From Octopus sinensis (taxonomy: Eukaryota): a stretch of 64,000 nt of DNA. The DNA is taken from contig NC_043002.1 of the NCBI RefSeq assembly GCF_006345805.1, positions 91,946,001 through 92,010,000 of the forward strand. Reading direction: 5' to 3'. The notes below the pieces were generated by a model, which saw only the letters and a list, made by a program, of their open reading frames with translations, had not been told where the DNA came from and did no database searches. The position numbers and the translations under genes were made by a program. This document shows, piece after piece, positions 36,779 through 52,944 of this stretch (its first letter is position 1; every line of letters begins with the position of its first letter).

Positions 36779-39134
36779 CTGTTGGTAGCAGTTGTGCAAC
36801 ATTGTTTGTTATACCAAGTATGACAGATGTATAAGAGTTTGGGTCCTATACTAAAAATACATATAATTTGTATTATAATTATACATGAATGTTTAAGGAA
36901 TATCTTTTGGAAAACATGGATACTAGGTCTTCAAATTGTCTTTTGCTTCAGTTTGTGGATAGTGTCGATTATATTAAATGTTCTTTAAAATTCAAACATA
37001 AAGTAACCGAAATAAATAATTAAGCGATTTTATTCTTTTTTCTTCTTCTCACAGACAAAAAAAAAACGGGCAACAGACAGGCAAACAGTCAGACAGACAA
37101 GCAGACAAGCAGATGACCATAGGTGGAGAGAGGGAGAGACTGGTGATGTGAAAAAGAGAAAACGAGGGTGATGTGAATCATTTGATACAAAAGCAGATTT
37201 TCAAGTTTAAATAATATAATAGAAATGGTTGTTATTTTACAACTAAGGTGAACAGATTTTTAAAACGTAGTGTGCGTGTGTCAAGATGAGATAGAATCAC
37301 ACTCTTGTAAGAGAAGTGTATAACTGCTGTAAACTGCTGTAACAAGGAAACAAAGAAATTCTCGTGAGCATTCGTCAACAGATATCCCTGCAAATATATA
37401 AATAAAACTATTATCAATGAGTAACGTTAAGATGTTGCTATAGAGATATAGAGATATCATTTATAAAACCGAGGTATTTATTTTACTCAAGAACTAAACG
37501 TAGGAATTGCAACCGATAGAATGACAATAAACAACTAGAAATGGACGCTATTGTCAGTTTCCAGGCAAAAATTATTGGTTAATTTCTCAGATCCTTCACA
37601 ACACTCATTCGTTTCGAGATTACATACGAACTCCTTAATGACTTGCCTGGGGATCACTGAGAATGTAAAAGAATACAGTTGCCTTTTGTAAAAAGTTATT
37701 TCAGATAATTCAGTAAGATGAGGGTTGTTCTAAAAGGCAGAACAAACTTCTATTTACCAATTCCATTGGAGAAAGTGGATGATCCAGTGAAATCTTAGAT
37801 GCCTGAGGCTGCACTCACCGGTAAGCCTATTATTTTTGTTGTTGCTGCTGCTACTGCTGCTGCTGTTGTTGTTTTTGTTGCTGTTGTTTATTTATCTATT
37901 TTGTTCGTTCTTGTCTGCATATCAACTTCAAAATTTACAATAAATCTTTTGTTGTTACAAATACCCACATAAGTTTGATAATGACTCTATAAAGCATGTA
38001 CTTGTTTTGGTTGTTCTTCATTTGTAACAGTGATACAATGACACAGAAAACGTGAAGAGAAAGAGCAATCAGAACAATTGCTTGTTTGGGGCTTTTTCCA
38101 TATATTCTTTTACAAAAATATATAAACTGTCCTTTTCTTACGAAAGAATTTCTTCTATATAGTCGTTGTCGTCTGCCTGTAAAGTTAGAAGAGACGGAGA
38201 TTATTAAAAACGTGATTTACGACATAAGGCTTTTTTCAAAATATGTTAATTTCCAGAGCAGAAATTATTGGTATAATGCTTGTGTATGTGTATCTAGCTA
38301 TACCAAAGGCAGAGAATTGAACTGGACATTAGCATGAAGGGTGTGTATAACTAACAGTATATGTTCCGTCTTTGAAAGCCGCCGAGACAATGTCTGCATT
38401 TTATCTTTTAAATGTCATTAAATATAGCATCAATCCCGTTCGAAAGTCGATGCTCTCTGTCTTTTACTCAATGTCTCTACATCCCTCTCTATATCATTTT
38501 TACTCAATCTCTCTATATCCCCCCTCTCTCTGGATTGTACATATCACTCAAAGATTCAGTCTTGTCACATAGTACCGCGTTGACTAGACTGCGAACTGTG
38601 TTAAGGGTATTACATCTCTGTGAAAACTCTCAACTGTTTATACGTCAATTTCATGAAAAGGTAATTCAATTGGTGGAACAACTGAATATTCATCATCGAA
38701 ACCGACGATGAATCCATCAGTCAGTTCTTTAATTTAAAAATAGACCATAAAGGGAAATATTAACTAATAGAGTTATTGAGACAGATTTGCCAAAAAAAAA
38801 TAAAGAACGGAAGACGTAGCAATTCTGAATAAAGCACGAGCAATGGAGAAGGTAAGTGGTCAGTTGACCTGCAAGAAATAGTAGTCCTATCTTTAAATTG
38901 AATGCTTTTGTTTTAAAATAAGAAATACGAATGTCTTTGATCCTATTTGTAACGAATCCGATTTCATGTGGGCTTTTACAAGAATTATATAAAATCGATG
39001 GCTCTAAATTTAATGTTTATAACACGGGGCATAGCCAGGTGATTAAGTAGTTCGCTTTCTCCTTTCTGATTTTGGAAAGCCTAATTTCTCAAGATTGATA
39101 TTTAGGCAGTGTTGTTACATATCTCATTGCCTCA

Positions 39135-39165
<31 letters not shown>

Positions 39166-39343
39166 TGTATGTATGTATGTATGTATGTATGTACAGATTT
39201 TTTCTTCATTTTTTCATTTGTTTTGTTTACAGACTGAAATTAAGAGTTCATTTTGACTGACCAAATATTCTATTTTTCTCTTTTAGATCCTTTAAATTTT
39301 AAGTAGTTGTTGATTTTCATTGTCACAGACAACAGTGATCACC

Positions 39344-39516
39344 TACGAAGGGATGCCGAAAAGTTCCTGCCCTTAAGGATGTCACGAAAAGCCTAGTTGG
39401 AGGCCCAAACTTCCAGGTTCTTTTAGAGGGCTTAGAAAAGCTGAAGGACTGTGGCAATGAATTGTGAATTTGAGATGGAGATGATTTTTGAATAAAATCA
39501 TAATTAACTGATCCTC
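39344..39516 (+). mobile_element. Mariner MITE, partial second copy of 12959-13152
   Basis: tacgaagggatgccgaaaagttcctg...ttggaggccca...gggcttagaaaa...aaatcataattaactgatcctcca. Confidence 0.8.
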
Positions 39517-39540
39517 CACCAACACAACCACCACCACTAC

Positions 39541-39582
<42 letters not shown>

Positions 39583-39867
39583 ATTTATTATCGATATTAT
39601 AAATGACTTGAGATACTCGTTCTGCCTTGGTTTTGATTTTTCCAATAGTATAATACATGATATATATATATATATTATATATATTATATTATATATATAT
39701 ATATATATATTCAAAATGTACAGTATTGGACATATAACACCGTACAGGTTGGATAATATACCTACTCTATTGGCAGATGTACGAGTGCATCTTTTTCCCG
39801 ACTTACGAACTTTTAGACGACTTACGCATGTATATGTGTGTGCGTGCGTGCGGTTATTTATAGTTGT

Positions 39868-39957
<90 letters not shown>

Positions 39958-40773
39958 TACATATTGATTTCATTCTCCTTTCTATTTTTGCAATTGCGTT
40001 ATCTTAAGCAGCGTATATTTTTTAAATGTTTTTATTCTCTTCCTATTACTTGCGATAATTGTGTATTTTATATGTGAATGAGTGGACGTATATTTAAGTG
40101 TATGTACACGTGTGGATGAATAATTGTGATGTGTTTAGGGTGTTTAATCACTGCAGTAGGCTAGTTAACTAATATGTTTCTATCAATACACAGTGTGAAG
40201 TCCTAGAGTACTGTCACTGAATCTATTTTTCATTCTTTCTCCAGTTTCAACTGATAAAATTTTCTGTGGCTTCTTTTCACTAAAATGTATTCATCCGCTT
40301 TAATATGTCAACGCTTTGGAGTAACAGCGGGATTCCAGAAAGCATACAATGAACAGATTTGTCAAATTATCCTTGCAAATTATCATTCCTTTACCTACTG
40401 CTGCAATTTATATACTCACCTGATTCAAGGGATACGATAGGGTTATATAATCAGAAACACACGATATTGTAGGGGGCAGTGTCTTGCTTTAGAATGAAGG
40501 CGAAGAAGGAATATTAACCTCGCAACTAAAAAAACTAAATAATGACTTTTTTTCAAATGGAATATAAATTTCAAACAGCCATCTGCAAAAATCAATTTAT
40601 TTCCTAGTTATTGTCTGATATTTAAACTACATAACTACATGTTACAACAGCATGCTTTGTATTCTGACGGCGGCGTTTAGGCTCAATCGTAGGCAAAACC
40701 ACTTAAGTCCATCTAGATGAAGATATGTATATATACGTACCTTCATTAACAGACATAAGTTACCGAGATGTTA

Positions 40774-40814
<41 letters not shown>

Positions 40815-40888
40815 CATATAGTTATATATGTATATATATAAATGCATATATATATATATGTATATATGTATATATTTATGTATCCATG

Positions 40889-40958
<70 letters not shown>

Positions 40959-41149
40959 GCGCCTATAAGTATATAAGTACATGGGAGTGCGGGCGCGCAT
41001 GTGTAGGTATGGACTTGCGCGCTTACGCGAATACTATGGACATTTTTACTCCCTTACCTTTACTCCCTCATTCTAATAACTCTTTTGTCTTAACAATGGT
41101 CAATCACACAGTAATTACATTTTGTTTAACGGTCATTTTCATAACATTT

Positions 41150-41312
41150 TTTCGATGGCCGGATATCTGAAGAGATTGTAGCGTGGGTTTCCGCCTCGAC
41201 ATTCGAAACTCGGAGTTTTATCATGGCTACCGAATAATTGTCAAATATTATATTTACAGATAAATTCATCTGTTTACATAACATCGAGGTCTCTTTTGTT
41301 GTCTTACCATTT
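41150..41312 (+). mobile_element. PLE-like pseudo-LTR remnant with a decayed hammerhead (41161-41222)
   Basis: GGATAT-CTGAAGA(41167-73)-GAtTGT...ACAtTC-GAAA(41205-08)-CTC g GAG-TT; runs into (TA)n. Confidence 0.5.
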
Positions 41313-41335
41313 ATATATATATAGATATGGATGGA

Positions 41336-41377
<42 letters not shown>

Positions 41378-41380
<3 letters not shown>

Positions 41381-41640
41381 TATTTCTCATTTGTTTCAGT
41401 CATTAGACTGCGGCATGCTGGGGCACCGTCTTGAAGTCTTTAGTCGAATAAATTCACCCTAGGGTTTTTCTTCTAAAGCCTAGTACTTATTTTATCTTGC
41501 TCCCTTGCCGAACCGCAAACTTACGGGGACGTAAACACACCAATGCCGTTTGTCAAGTGGTGGTAGGGAACAAACACAGACACAGACATACACACACACA
41601 CACACACACACATGTATATATATACATACACACATATATA
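41378..41640 (-). mobile_element. SINE-A 3' half
   Basis: ttgtttcagtcattagactgcggcatgctgg...ggggacgtaaacacacc...acaaacacagac. Confidence 0.85.
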
Positions 41641-41759
41641 TATATACAGTAAAAGCAATTAAGATTCAAGTGAGTTCTGTTGAATTCACATGAATGCGGT
41701 ACTTAACTTAGATGCACCAGAAATCTATATGGTATTAACCATAAGATAATGCGGGGTGA

Positions 41760-41915
41760 TTATAAACAAGAAAAAAGCAACAAAAATGGATCAATATTTC
41801 GGTACAATTGTTTCGTACGAAGACCACCTTTATTAAGGCTGCAATATATATATATTATGATGATGATGAAGGGAATGAATTTTATTATTATAATCCCGAA
41901 ACGTGTACATAATTA
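41760..41915. mobile_element. Back-to-back decayed hammerhead-like motifs (minus about 41795-41840, plus 41854-41913), probably inverted PLE pseudo-LTR remnants
   Basis: Plus: ATTATG(atg)-ATGATGA-A-GGGA...TCCC-GAAAC gt GTA-CATAAT. Minus: cTTAATAAAGGT...TAC-GAAAC aatt GTA. Confidence 0.45.
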
Positions 41916-42213
41916 ATCGCAGACTGTTTGATTTCGTTATTTTTTCTTCTTTTTGCCTATGTGAGTTACGAATATTGCTGTCTGTGGAGTCATATTTGTA
42001 GTTAAAAGAATTAGCTGGCTTTGATTGCTATTTCTAAATTTTCAGTATGTGGTGAAGCAACTTGTTGCTAAATCCTTAATTATATTTATAATTATACAAA
42101 AACTTTTTGAATAAGTTTTTACCGATAATCGTTTTTTATCCATACCGAAACTACCCGGTAAAATTTATTATTTATTAAATTAATAATTCTTTACGCTATA
42201 TCTGTAATGATTA

Positions 42214-42262
<49 letters not shown>

Positions 42263-42429
42263 CTGTGTGAGTTAGAGTTTGAGAAACCAACTAAGGGATA
42301 GTACCTATCCAATATACTTGTGGTAGTGTACCAAATAATTCATGCCCAAGTGCTAGTTATTGCATAGCAATCTCGCAATTGGGTATTATATATGGGCGGA
42401 GGTTAAGAGTGCGTCACCCTTGATTTATA

Positions 42430-42889
42430 AGGCAAATAAGAAAGTGGAGAGGATACAAAATCGACAGACATCAGCCGGTAAACATTCCTTATTATTGTTG
42501 CTGTTATTGTTATTATAATCATTATTGTTATTATTGTTATTATTATTTGCGTTAAAGGCATTATTATTGTTACTGGTATTAGTCCTATCTCTACTATTGT
42601 CTATTTTATTATTCCTATTACTATTAGTGTTTCGGGGGAAGTATTTAATTTCGTCTTTATATTCCGCATTGTTAGTGCTATGTTAAACCAATCTTTATGT
42701 TTATCAAAAATCTTTTCATTTGAGGAAAGGTTTAAGATCCTTTTACTTATATTTAGCAGTAGGGCTCTTGATAAACTGTACCACTAATACATGTGCGTGT
42801 ATTCATCCAATACATTTGAATATATAGACATACTGGAATGTTTACCGGCTGATGTCCGTCGATTTTATATCCTCTCCATATTTTATTTG

Positions 42890-42892
<3 letters not shown>
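42430..42892. mobile_element. MITE-like element with about 59-bp imperfect TIRs
   Basis: aggcaaata..ggagaggatacaaaatcgacagacatcagccggtaaacattcc (42430-88) versus its reverse complement at 42835-92; TA-rich flanks; AT-rich interior. Confidence 0.75.
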
Positions 42893-42932
<40 letters not shown>

Positions 42933-43068
42933 GACGGATTTCTTTCAGTTTCCGTCCACCCATGTATACATATGTAGTATGTATGTATGTATGTATGTAT
43001 GTATGTATGTATGTATGTATGTATGTATGTATGTATGTATGTATTATGTATTTATGTATGTATGTATG

Positions 43069-43074
<6 letters not shown>

Positions 43075-43124
<50 letters not shown>

Positions 43125-43350
43125 CATGTGTCTGTATATGTTTGTATGTCTGTGTTTGTCCCCCCAACATCGCTTGACAACCAATGCTGTTATGCTTACG
43201 TCCCCGTAACTTAGCGGTTCGGCAAAAGAAAACCGATAGAACAAGTACTAGGCTTACAAAGAATAAGTCCTGGGGTCAGTTTGCTCGACTAAAGGCGGTG
43301 ATCCAGCATGGCCACAATCACAGGACTTGAAACAAGTAAAAGAGTAAGAA
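43075..43350 (+). mobile_element. SINE-A 3' half, preceded by an inverted SINE-A fragment at 42925-42960
   Basis: tgtttgtcccccccaacatcgcttgacaacc...gtactaggcttacaaagaataagtcctgggg...gaaacaagtaaaagagtaag. Confidence 0.85.
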
Positions 43351-43879
43351 AGTAACTATGGCTAAAGCTATTGTTTGGATTCGAGACATTTACAAGATAT
43401 GCGTGATGCTTTGTGCTTTCGCGAAAGCAACGTAAACCCAATGAACTATTTATCTCTTAAAATTTCATGAGGTATTTGTTGCTAAAATAGAACGTTTTAA
43501 ATAAATACAGAAAATAGGGAAAAAAATGTCTTAATTTCTAAAGAACATAATTAGGTTGTCATATTCTAAAAAAGAAATGCTGTAACTCAAAGAGATTGCG
43601 TTTTCGCTTTATTATATCTGTATGAGGTTAGAAGTGCCATCTTTGTGATATCTCCTGAGTATAGTTCTAATGATGATGATCAAATCGAAGTCTTTATCCT
43701 AACCGAGCACATATAAAATATCTAGCGAAATGAGTTTTTGATAATTCTAACATACAGAGACAGATGTAATGAATATTTAATGCATGCCTATATAGTATTA
43801 CAACATACACGTGCCTCGTTTTTGTGAATTGTTGTACGTTTTGAATTATGGGTATTCATATAATCAGCCATTATATGAG

Positions 43880-46620
<2,741 letters not shown>

Positions 46621-46719
46621 CATATACACACACTCACACGCACACACACACACAGACATATTGACAATTGTGTGAAATCATTTTTGTGATGGTTGAAGAT
46701 GGAGAGACGAAGGTAATAG

Positions 46720-46736
46720 TGAATGTGGAGAAATGT

Positions 46737-46767
<31 letters not shown>

Positions 46768-47781
46768 GTACACACACACACACACACACGTACACACACA
46801 CACCCATACACATACATGGAGAAGACAAATAGCGACTGTCTGCAAATGAAGCTATGGGGAGAAGAGACAATGGACAGGAGGAGATGTTTGGCAGAGGTGA
46901 GAGGAAGGAGAGAAGGAGGAGAAGAAAGAAAAAGTGTAGGAGGAGGTGCAACAGGAGGCATGGCTAGTGATGCTCAAGATGGCGACCGAGAATCAATAAG
47001 ACACGAGAGAAAGCAACACAGGAGAGAGAGAGAGAGAGGGGAAGGAAGAGAGGGTGAAAGAGGGGGAGAAAGAGAAAACTGTCGGTGCTGAGGTATTCTG
47101 GGAAGAACTCTCAACAAAATCGAGGATATCTCAGCTACGATGAAGGTGTTTGCTAGTGGTTGTGATGTCAGCAGAGGCGGCGACCGCGAATGGTGTTGGA
47201 TGGTTTGGAGTGGTGTTGCTGAGGGTGGAGGTAGTGACGTTGGCGGCGCTGGTGATAATGAATGTTAGTGGTGAGGGGGTAGTGGTGGTGGTGGTAATGG
47301 TGGTGGTTGTGGTTGTGGTGGTGGTGGCGGTGGTGGTTGTGGTGGCGGAGGTGACTGTGGCGGCGGCAGCGGCACGGGCAGCGGCGGCAGCGGCGGCAGC
47401 GGCGGCAGCGGCGGCGGCAGCGGCGGCAGCGGCGCAGCGGCGGGAGCGGCGGCCGCAGCGGCGGGAGCGGCGGCAGCGGCGTCAACGGTGGTGGTGTGAT
47501 GTTATAGTCTTGGTTGTAGTGGCGTTGCAGTGTTTGAGTTGGACGTTCGGCTGTGGTGGCGCAAGAGGTGATGCTGCTGTGGAAAGAAGTGGAAATAAAG
47601 GTTGTTAGTTGTAGTAATGGCCGGAAGTTGATGATCCGAGAAGCTTGATGCTACCTACCTCCTGCTTCCAGCATATATCTTACAGGGATGTTTGATACGT
47701 GAGTTTTGGCTGAGCTTATGTACCATGGGATTGGGGTTGGGGGTGAAATCCAATGTTCCAAGATTGCCTCTTCGTCAGAGC

Positions 47782-47813
<32 letters not shown>

Positions 47814-47817
47814 CAGA

Positions 47818-47866
<49 letters not shown>

Positions 47867-49030
47867 GGCAGGCAGACAGATGCTTTCCACCTGACGAAAC
47901 ACAATGTAAACGCTCGCTAATCTTGGAGTTCCACTTGATAATAATGGTTAGAATAAAAAAAAAAGAAGAAAAGAAGAAGAAAGGTATACCCCCCCCCCTA
48001 CCATCACCTACATCCATCACTGAACGTCTCTCCAGCTGGAATTTCTGAATGAATTATGTCTATACGCGAATTCCTGCCAGTATAACAGGTGAACTTTGAT
48101 CTCGCTGATATGCACCGCATCCACAAGATGACCTCACATTCTTCAACAGGCGCTTCTGCTTTGAAACTGATCTCCTTTTCGAATGTAGTAGTTGTTAATA
48201 AGTTGCAAAAAGTGGTGGTCATTTCCATGATATTCAGTGAGAGGATTGGCGCAAGTTTCAATAGGTGTTGACGGAGATGGTCGAGGTAGAGTGGTGTTGT
48301 TGGGAGTGATGATGATGATGATGCTGATGATGATGATGATGATGATGATGTGATGATGATGATGATGATGTGATGATGATGAAGATGATGATGAAGATGA
48401 TGATGATGATGAGATGATGATGATGATGATGATGATGATGGTGTGGTGGTGGTGGTGGTTGTGGTGTGGTGGAGGCGGTGGAGCGAGGGTGAGGGAGGCA
48501 GAAGGATGGGGAGAAGGAGGAGAAGAGTGGAGGAGGGAGGAAGAAGAGGAGGGGAGGAGGGTGGAGGAAGAAGGTGGAGTGAGAGGTGGAAGGGGAGGAT
48601 GAGAGGTGGATGGAGAGGGTGTGAGAAGAAGAGGAGGGGAGGAGGGTGGAGGAAGAAGGTGGAGTGAGAGGTGGAAGGGGAGGATGAGAGGTGGATGGAG
48701 AGGGTGTGAGAAGAAGAGGAGGAGGTGGTGGTGGTGGAGGTGGAGGAGGTGGTGGGGGGGGGGGGGTGGAGGAGGAGGAGGAGGAGGAGCAGGAGCAGGA
48801 GCAGGAGGAGGAGAGAAATGGAGGAGCATGCTATTAATAGGAAAATGGCCGTTGAAGTGTTTGTGTTTATGATTAACTGGCTGAAGCAATTGTCGTAATT
48901 ATATGCTTGTCATAAGGCAGATAACTCTAACGTTGATGTTGCTGCTGCTGTTACGATGGCAGGGGTGGTGGCGGCGGCGGCGACGGCGGTGGTGCTGGTG
49001 GTGATGTTGGCGGCGGCGGCGGCGGCGGTG
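46720..49030. repeat. GC- and purine-rich simple-repeat block: (GGT)n, (GCG/GCA)n, (GACA)n, (GAT)n, (GGA)n, with a duplicated unit of about 80 bp at 48560-48722
   Basis: Direct reading. Confidence 0.9.
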
Positions 49031-50047
49031 TAGGTTGCAGGAAGTAACATAAAAGAAATACCGGACAATTCATTGTTGTGTGTCCACCTCAGAAGAAATT
49101 CCTTCTTAAGTCGTCAAATTGCTTGATTAAGCAAATAAATATCTTAAGATGGAATTATGTGTAATCTAAATTTGCAGAAACTAAAATACTTAGTTGAAGA
49201 GGTACCTGAAAGGGCAAAACATGTTATTTTGCTTTAGGTTAGTCCTCATTGCGCGGTTCTAGGGTCAAGGATTCTCCAGCTATGGCCATCATGCCTTGTT
49301 ATATAACCCAGGTCCCCCTAATTCAAAACACATAAGAAGAAAGATACTTCAGATATGGCCTACACGCTTTATTGTTGTTTAGTTCTAGATTATTCCTTAG
49401 TTCCGATTTCCAGTAAGGATATTTTAGCAATTAATGTTTCGTATTCCCCCCCCCAGACACAGTCCATCAGGGATCACAAGCTCTAAATTGTCCCTCCTTT
49501 ATATAAGTTAATAAAATATGATTAGAGGGAGATTTTTACTCTTATTTCTAGCAGGTCGAACGACTACAGTAAAAACACCTTCATTTACTCGACATGTAAA
49601 GAATTGAGAAAGTAAAATTCTAGAATTCGGACATAAGAATTATGAATGGTTGTTACTGAGGAACCACTTAGATAGAAATAAATTATCGATTCGCTATTGA
49701 ATATCTGCTTATGATGAATATAATCGATTTCAATTGACCCTACTTCAAGTACTTAATTGATAGTTATTCTATTAACCCCTAATTTTAACTGATCCACCCC
49801 TGTTCTTAACTGTAGCTATGGAGAGAACAAAATCAAAGAGAATTTAAATCCACACTATAAAATGATATAAATAAATACCAGGCATCTACAAAGAAGCCTC
49901 TACACAGTTGTTAAACCTGCTGAATCTCCATAAATCGCAATTTATTCTCTTGAAAAGGACATGTTGCATAATGTATCCCTAGTACAATATGCAAAAAAAG
50001 ATGGTCATGATTGGGATATCTTTAATTGTCTTTTTCATTTGTCTGGA

Positions 50048-50074
50048 CATCACGTGACATCATGTCACGTGATG
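50048..50074. other. 27-bp palindrome with two TCACGTGA E-boxes
   Basis: CATCACGTGACAT-C-ATGTCACGTGATG. Confidence 0.8.
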
Positions 50075-51220
50075 CACAGACAAATACCCCTTACCGATTT
50101 TTGCCAATTAGCCATATTTTCTTGCATTAAATTATGACTTCTTATCAAGAAAAAAAAAGAAAACGTCTGTCTGTTTACAAAATTCCCAAAGTATAAATGA
50201 CCATGAAAACATCGTATCGTTGTTTAAATAAATAGTAGTAAGTATATCTCGATAGGAAGATAGGTTGGTAGGAAAGCAAGAGAATGGAAAGCTATGTAGA
50301 CAGATAGATATCTAGATGGATAGATATATAGATAGATAGATGAGTAGAGAAATAGATAGTAAAAGATGAGAAAGAGATAAAAGCAACAATGAGAAATACT
50401 AAATAGATATTTGTACTACATAGAATCGAATGTTTTAGCTTACTCAGCATATTGATTTCGATACAACGTCTTCCTAGCACAGTTCTCTGAATTATTAGTA
50501 AATATTGATTTCTCGGTTAGGCTCCTCGTCTAGGCTACAAAGTTATAGTTAAGAGAAATGAGACTGAGTGGTAATCATTCAGTTCTTATGAGTTTTAGTA
50601 ATATAAGAGACGTAAACCGACTCCGATCTGGAATGGAAGCTTTCTGGCATCAGTCACAGAAATTAAATATTTTGGTATTTCTTAGTGATGTAGTTTAGCA
50701 CTAAGTCAACCACGACTGAACAGATCTATGATCGAAAGCATTGTAACCGTTATCATCCAATCTATTATTGAGATACAGAGTACACCGGAACGTAACATTC
50801 TTAAGATGAAAAGGTGTAATTTGAGGGAGTTTTAGGTGCCGTTTGCAGCTGATCACGCGACCGTTTGTCCATATATTTTAAAGGATTCAAAAACATGAGA
50901 TGTTACAGCTTTTATCTCGGTTCTAATCTCAACGTGATTAGCATCATCATGGTTGGTGTTTTGGTAAAATTTGTAGATATGGCGAACTAAAAGTGTTTGT
51001 GCTATCTGTTCCTATCAAGGTCCACAGTGATTTTCTTACTTCCCGGTAGCTAAAATAAGTACCAGTTGAACACTAGACCGGTGTAATTAACAATATCCAT
51101 CTTCCTCTACATAAGAGACATTGTCTTAATGTAAGAAATCAAAACGATTAACATAATGAGATATACGATTACCATTCCTTAAATCCGTTTACTATTTACG
51201 GCGGAAATATTAGTTTCAAC

Positions 51221-52301
51221 TTTTGGCAAAACACCAGCAAGTTCGGGAAAAGAGATTACATCGACCCTTGTGCTCAAATGGTATTTATTTTATCGACCCC
51301 GAAAGGATGGAAGGCAAAATCATTCCTAGGCAAAATTTGAACTCAGAACATAAAAACGGTCAAAATGCCACAAAGCATTTTACCCGGAGCGGTAACGATT
51401 CTGGCAGCACGACGCTTTTTTTTGGGGGGGGGGCAGAAATATTCTTTTCTACTCTAGGCACACGGCCCGAAATTTTTGGGGAGGAGACCAGTCGATTAGA
51501 TCTACCTCAGTGCGCAACTGGTACTCAATTTATCGACCCCGAAGGATGAAGGGCAAAGTCGACCTCGGCGGAATTTGAACTCAGAACGTAAAGACAGACG
51601 AAATACCGTCAAGCACTTCACCCGGCGTGCTAACGTTTCTTATTTCTTTATTGCCCACAAGGGGCTACACACAGAGGGGACAAACAAGGACAATCAAACG
51701 GATTAAGTCGATTAGATCGACCCCAGTGTATAACTGGTATTTATTTAATCGACCCCAAAAGGATGAAAGGCAAAGTCGACCTCGGCGGAATTTGAACTCA
51801 GAACGTAACGGCAGATGAAATACTGCTAAGCATTTCGCCCGGCGTGCTAACGTTTCTGCCAGCTCGCCGCCTTTTTGGCAGAAATATTCATTTCTACTCT
51901 AGGGACAAGGCCCAGAATTTTGTGGGAGGGGACCAGTCGATTAGATCTACCTCAGTGCGCAACTGGTACTTAATTTATCGACTACGACAGGATGAAAGGC
52001 AAAGTCGACCTCGGCAGAATTTGAACTCAGAATGTAAAGACAGACGAAATACCTATTTCTTTACTACCCACAAGGGGCTAAACACAGAGAGGACAAACAA
52101 GGACAGACAAAGGGATTAAGTCGATTATATCGACGCCAGTGCACAACTGGTACTTGATTTATCGACACCGATAGGATGAAAGGCAAAGTCAACCTCGACG
52201 GAATTTGAACTCAGAACGTAGCGGCCGACGAAATACTGCTAAGTGTTTCGCCCGGCGTGCTAACGTTTCTGCCAGCTCGCCGCCGTTTTAGCAGAAATAT
52301 T
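51221..52301 (-). mobile_element. Array of five SINE-B units, including two B1+B2 dimers
   Basis: Units at about 51221-51415, 51444-51640, 51641-51871, 51889-52053 and 52054-52285; gcagaaatatt at 51433, 51878 and 52291. Confidence 0.92.
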
Positions 52302-52694
52302 TAAAGAACGATGAGGTTGAGTGATTTAGTCTTGTATATAACCGGTAATATTTATTTTATTAACATCTAATACATAAAAGCCAAAAGGAAAAAAATTACT
52401 GAGATTGAAGCTCAGAGCACATATGAACAAAATTAAGTATTACAGATGTGAAGATTTCACAGTGTCTCTAATTTCACTGATTTTCGTAATCCTAAATGTT
52501 TACAAATAATGGAGGAGAAGGTAATCGATTACATCTACACTAGCATATAATTGGCATTTATTTTATTCATCCGAGAAAAATGAAAAGCAAATTTGACGTT
52601 GGCGTGACTTCAAATCAGTACGTAAAAGAGACATAATGAAATATCACAGAATCATTTATCTGTCACTCAACCAATTCTGTCAAAAAATTATAAT

Positions 52695-52905
52695 GGTTTC
52701 AGATTTTGGCACAAGGCCAGCAAATTCAAGGAAAAAGGGTAAGTCGATTACTTCGACCCCAGTGCTCAACTGGTACTTGTACTTATTTTATCGACCCCGA
52801 AAGGGTGAAAGGCAAAGTCGACCACGGCGGAATTTGAACACAGAACTAGAAGGCGGAAGAAATGCTACTGAGCATTTTGCCTGGCGTACCAACGACTCCT
52901 CTCGC
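52695..52905 (-). mobile_element. SINE-B (degenerate relatives at about 52520-52620 and 53270-53410)
   Basis: ggtttcagattttggcacaaggccagc...ttttatcgaccccgaaaggg...tttgaacacagaac. Confidence 0.85.
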
Positions 52906-52944
52906 TCTGATTTTTCTAGCATTGATATAACGTCATATAGGTGC

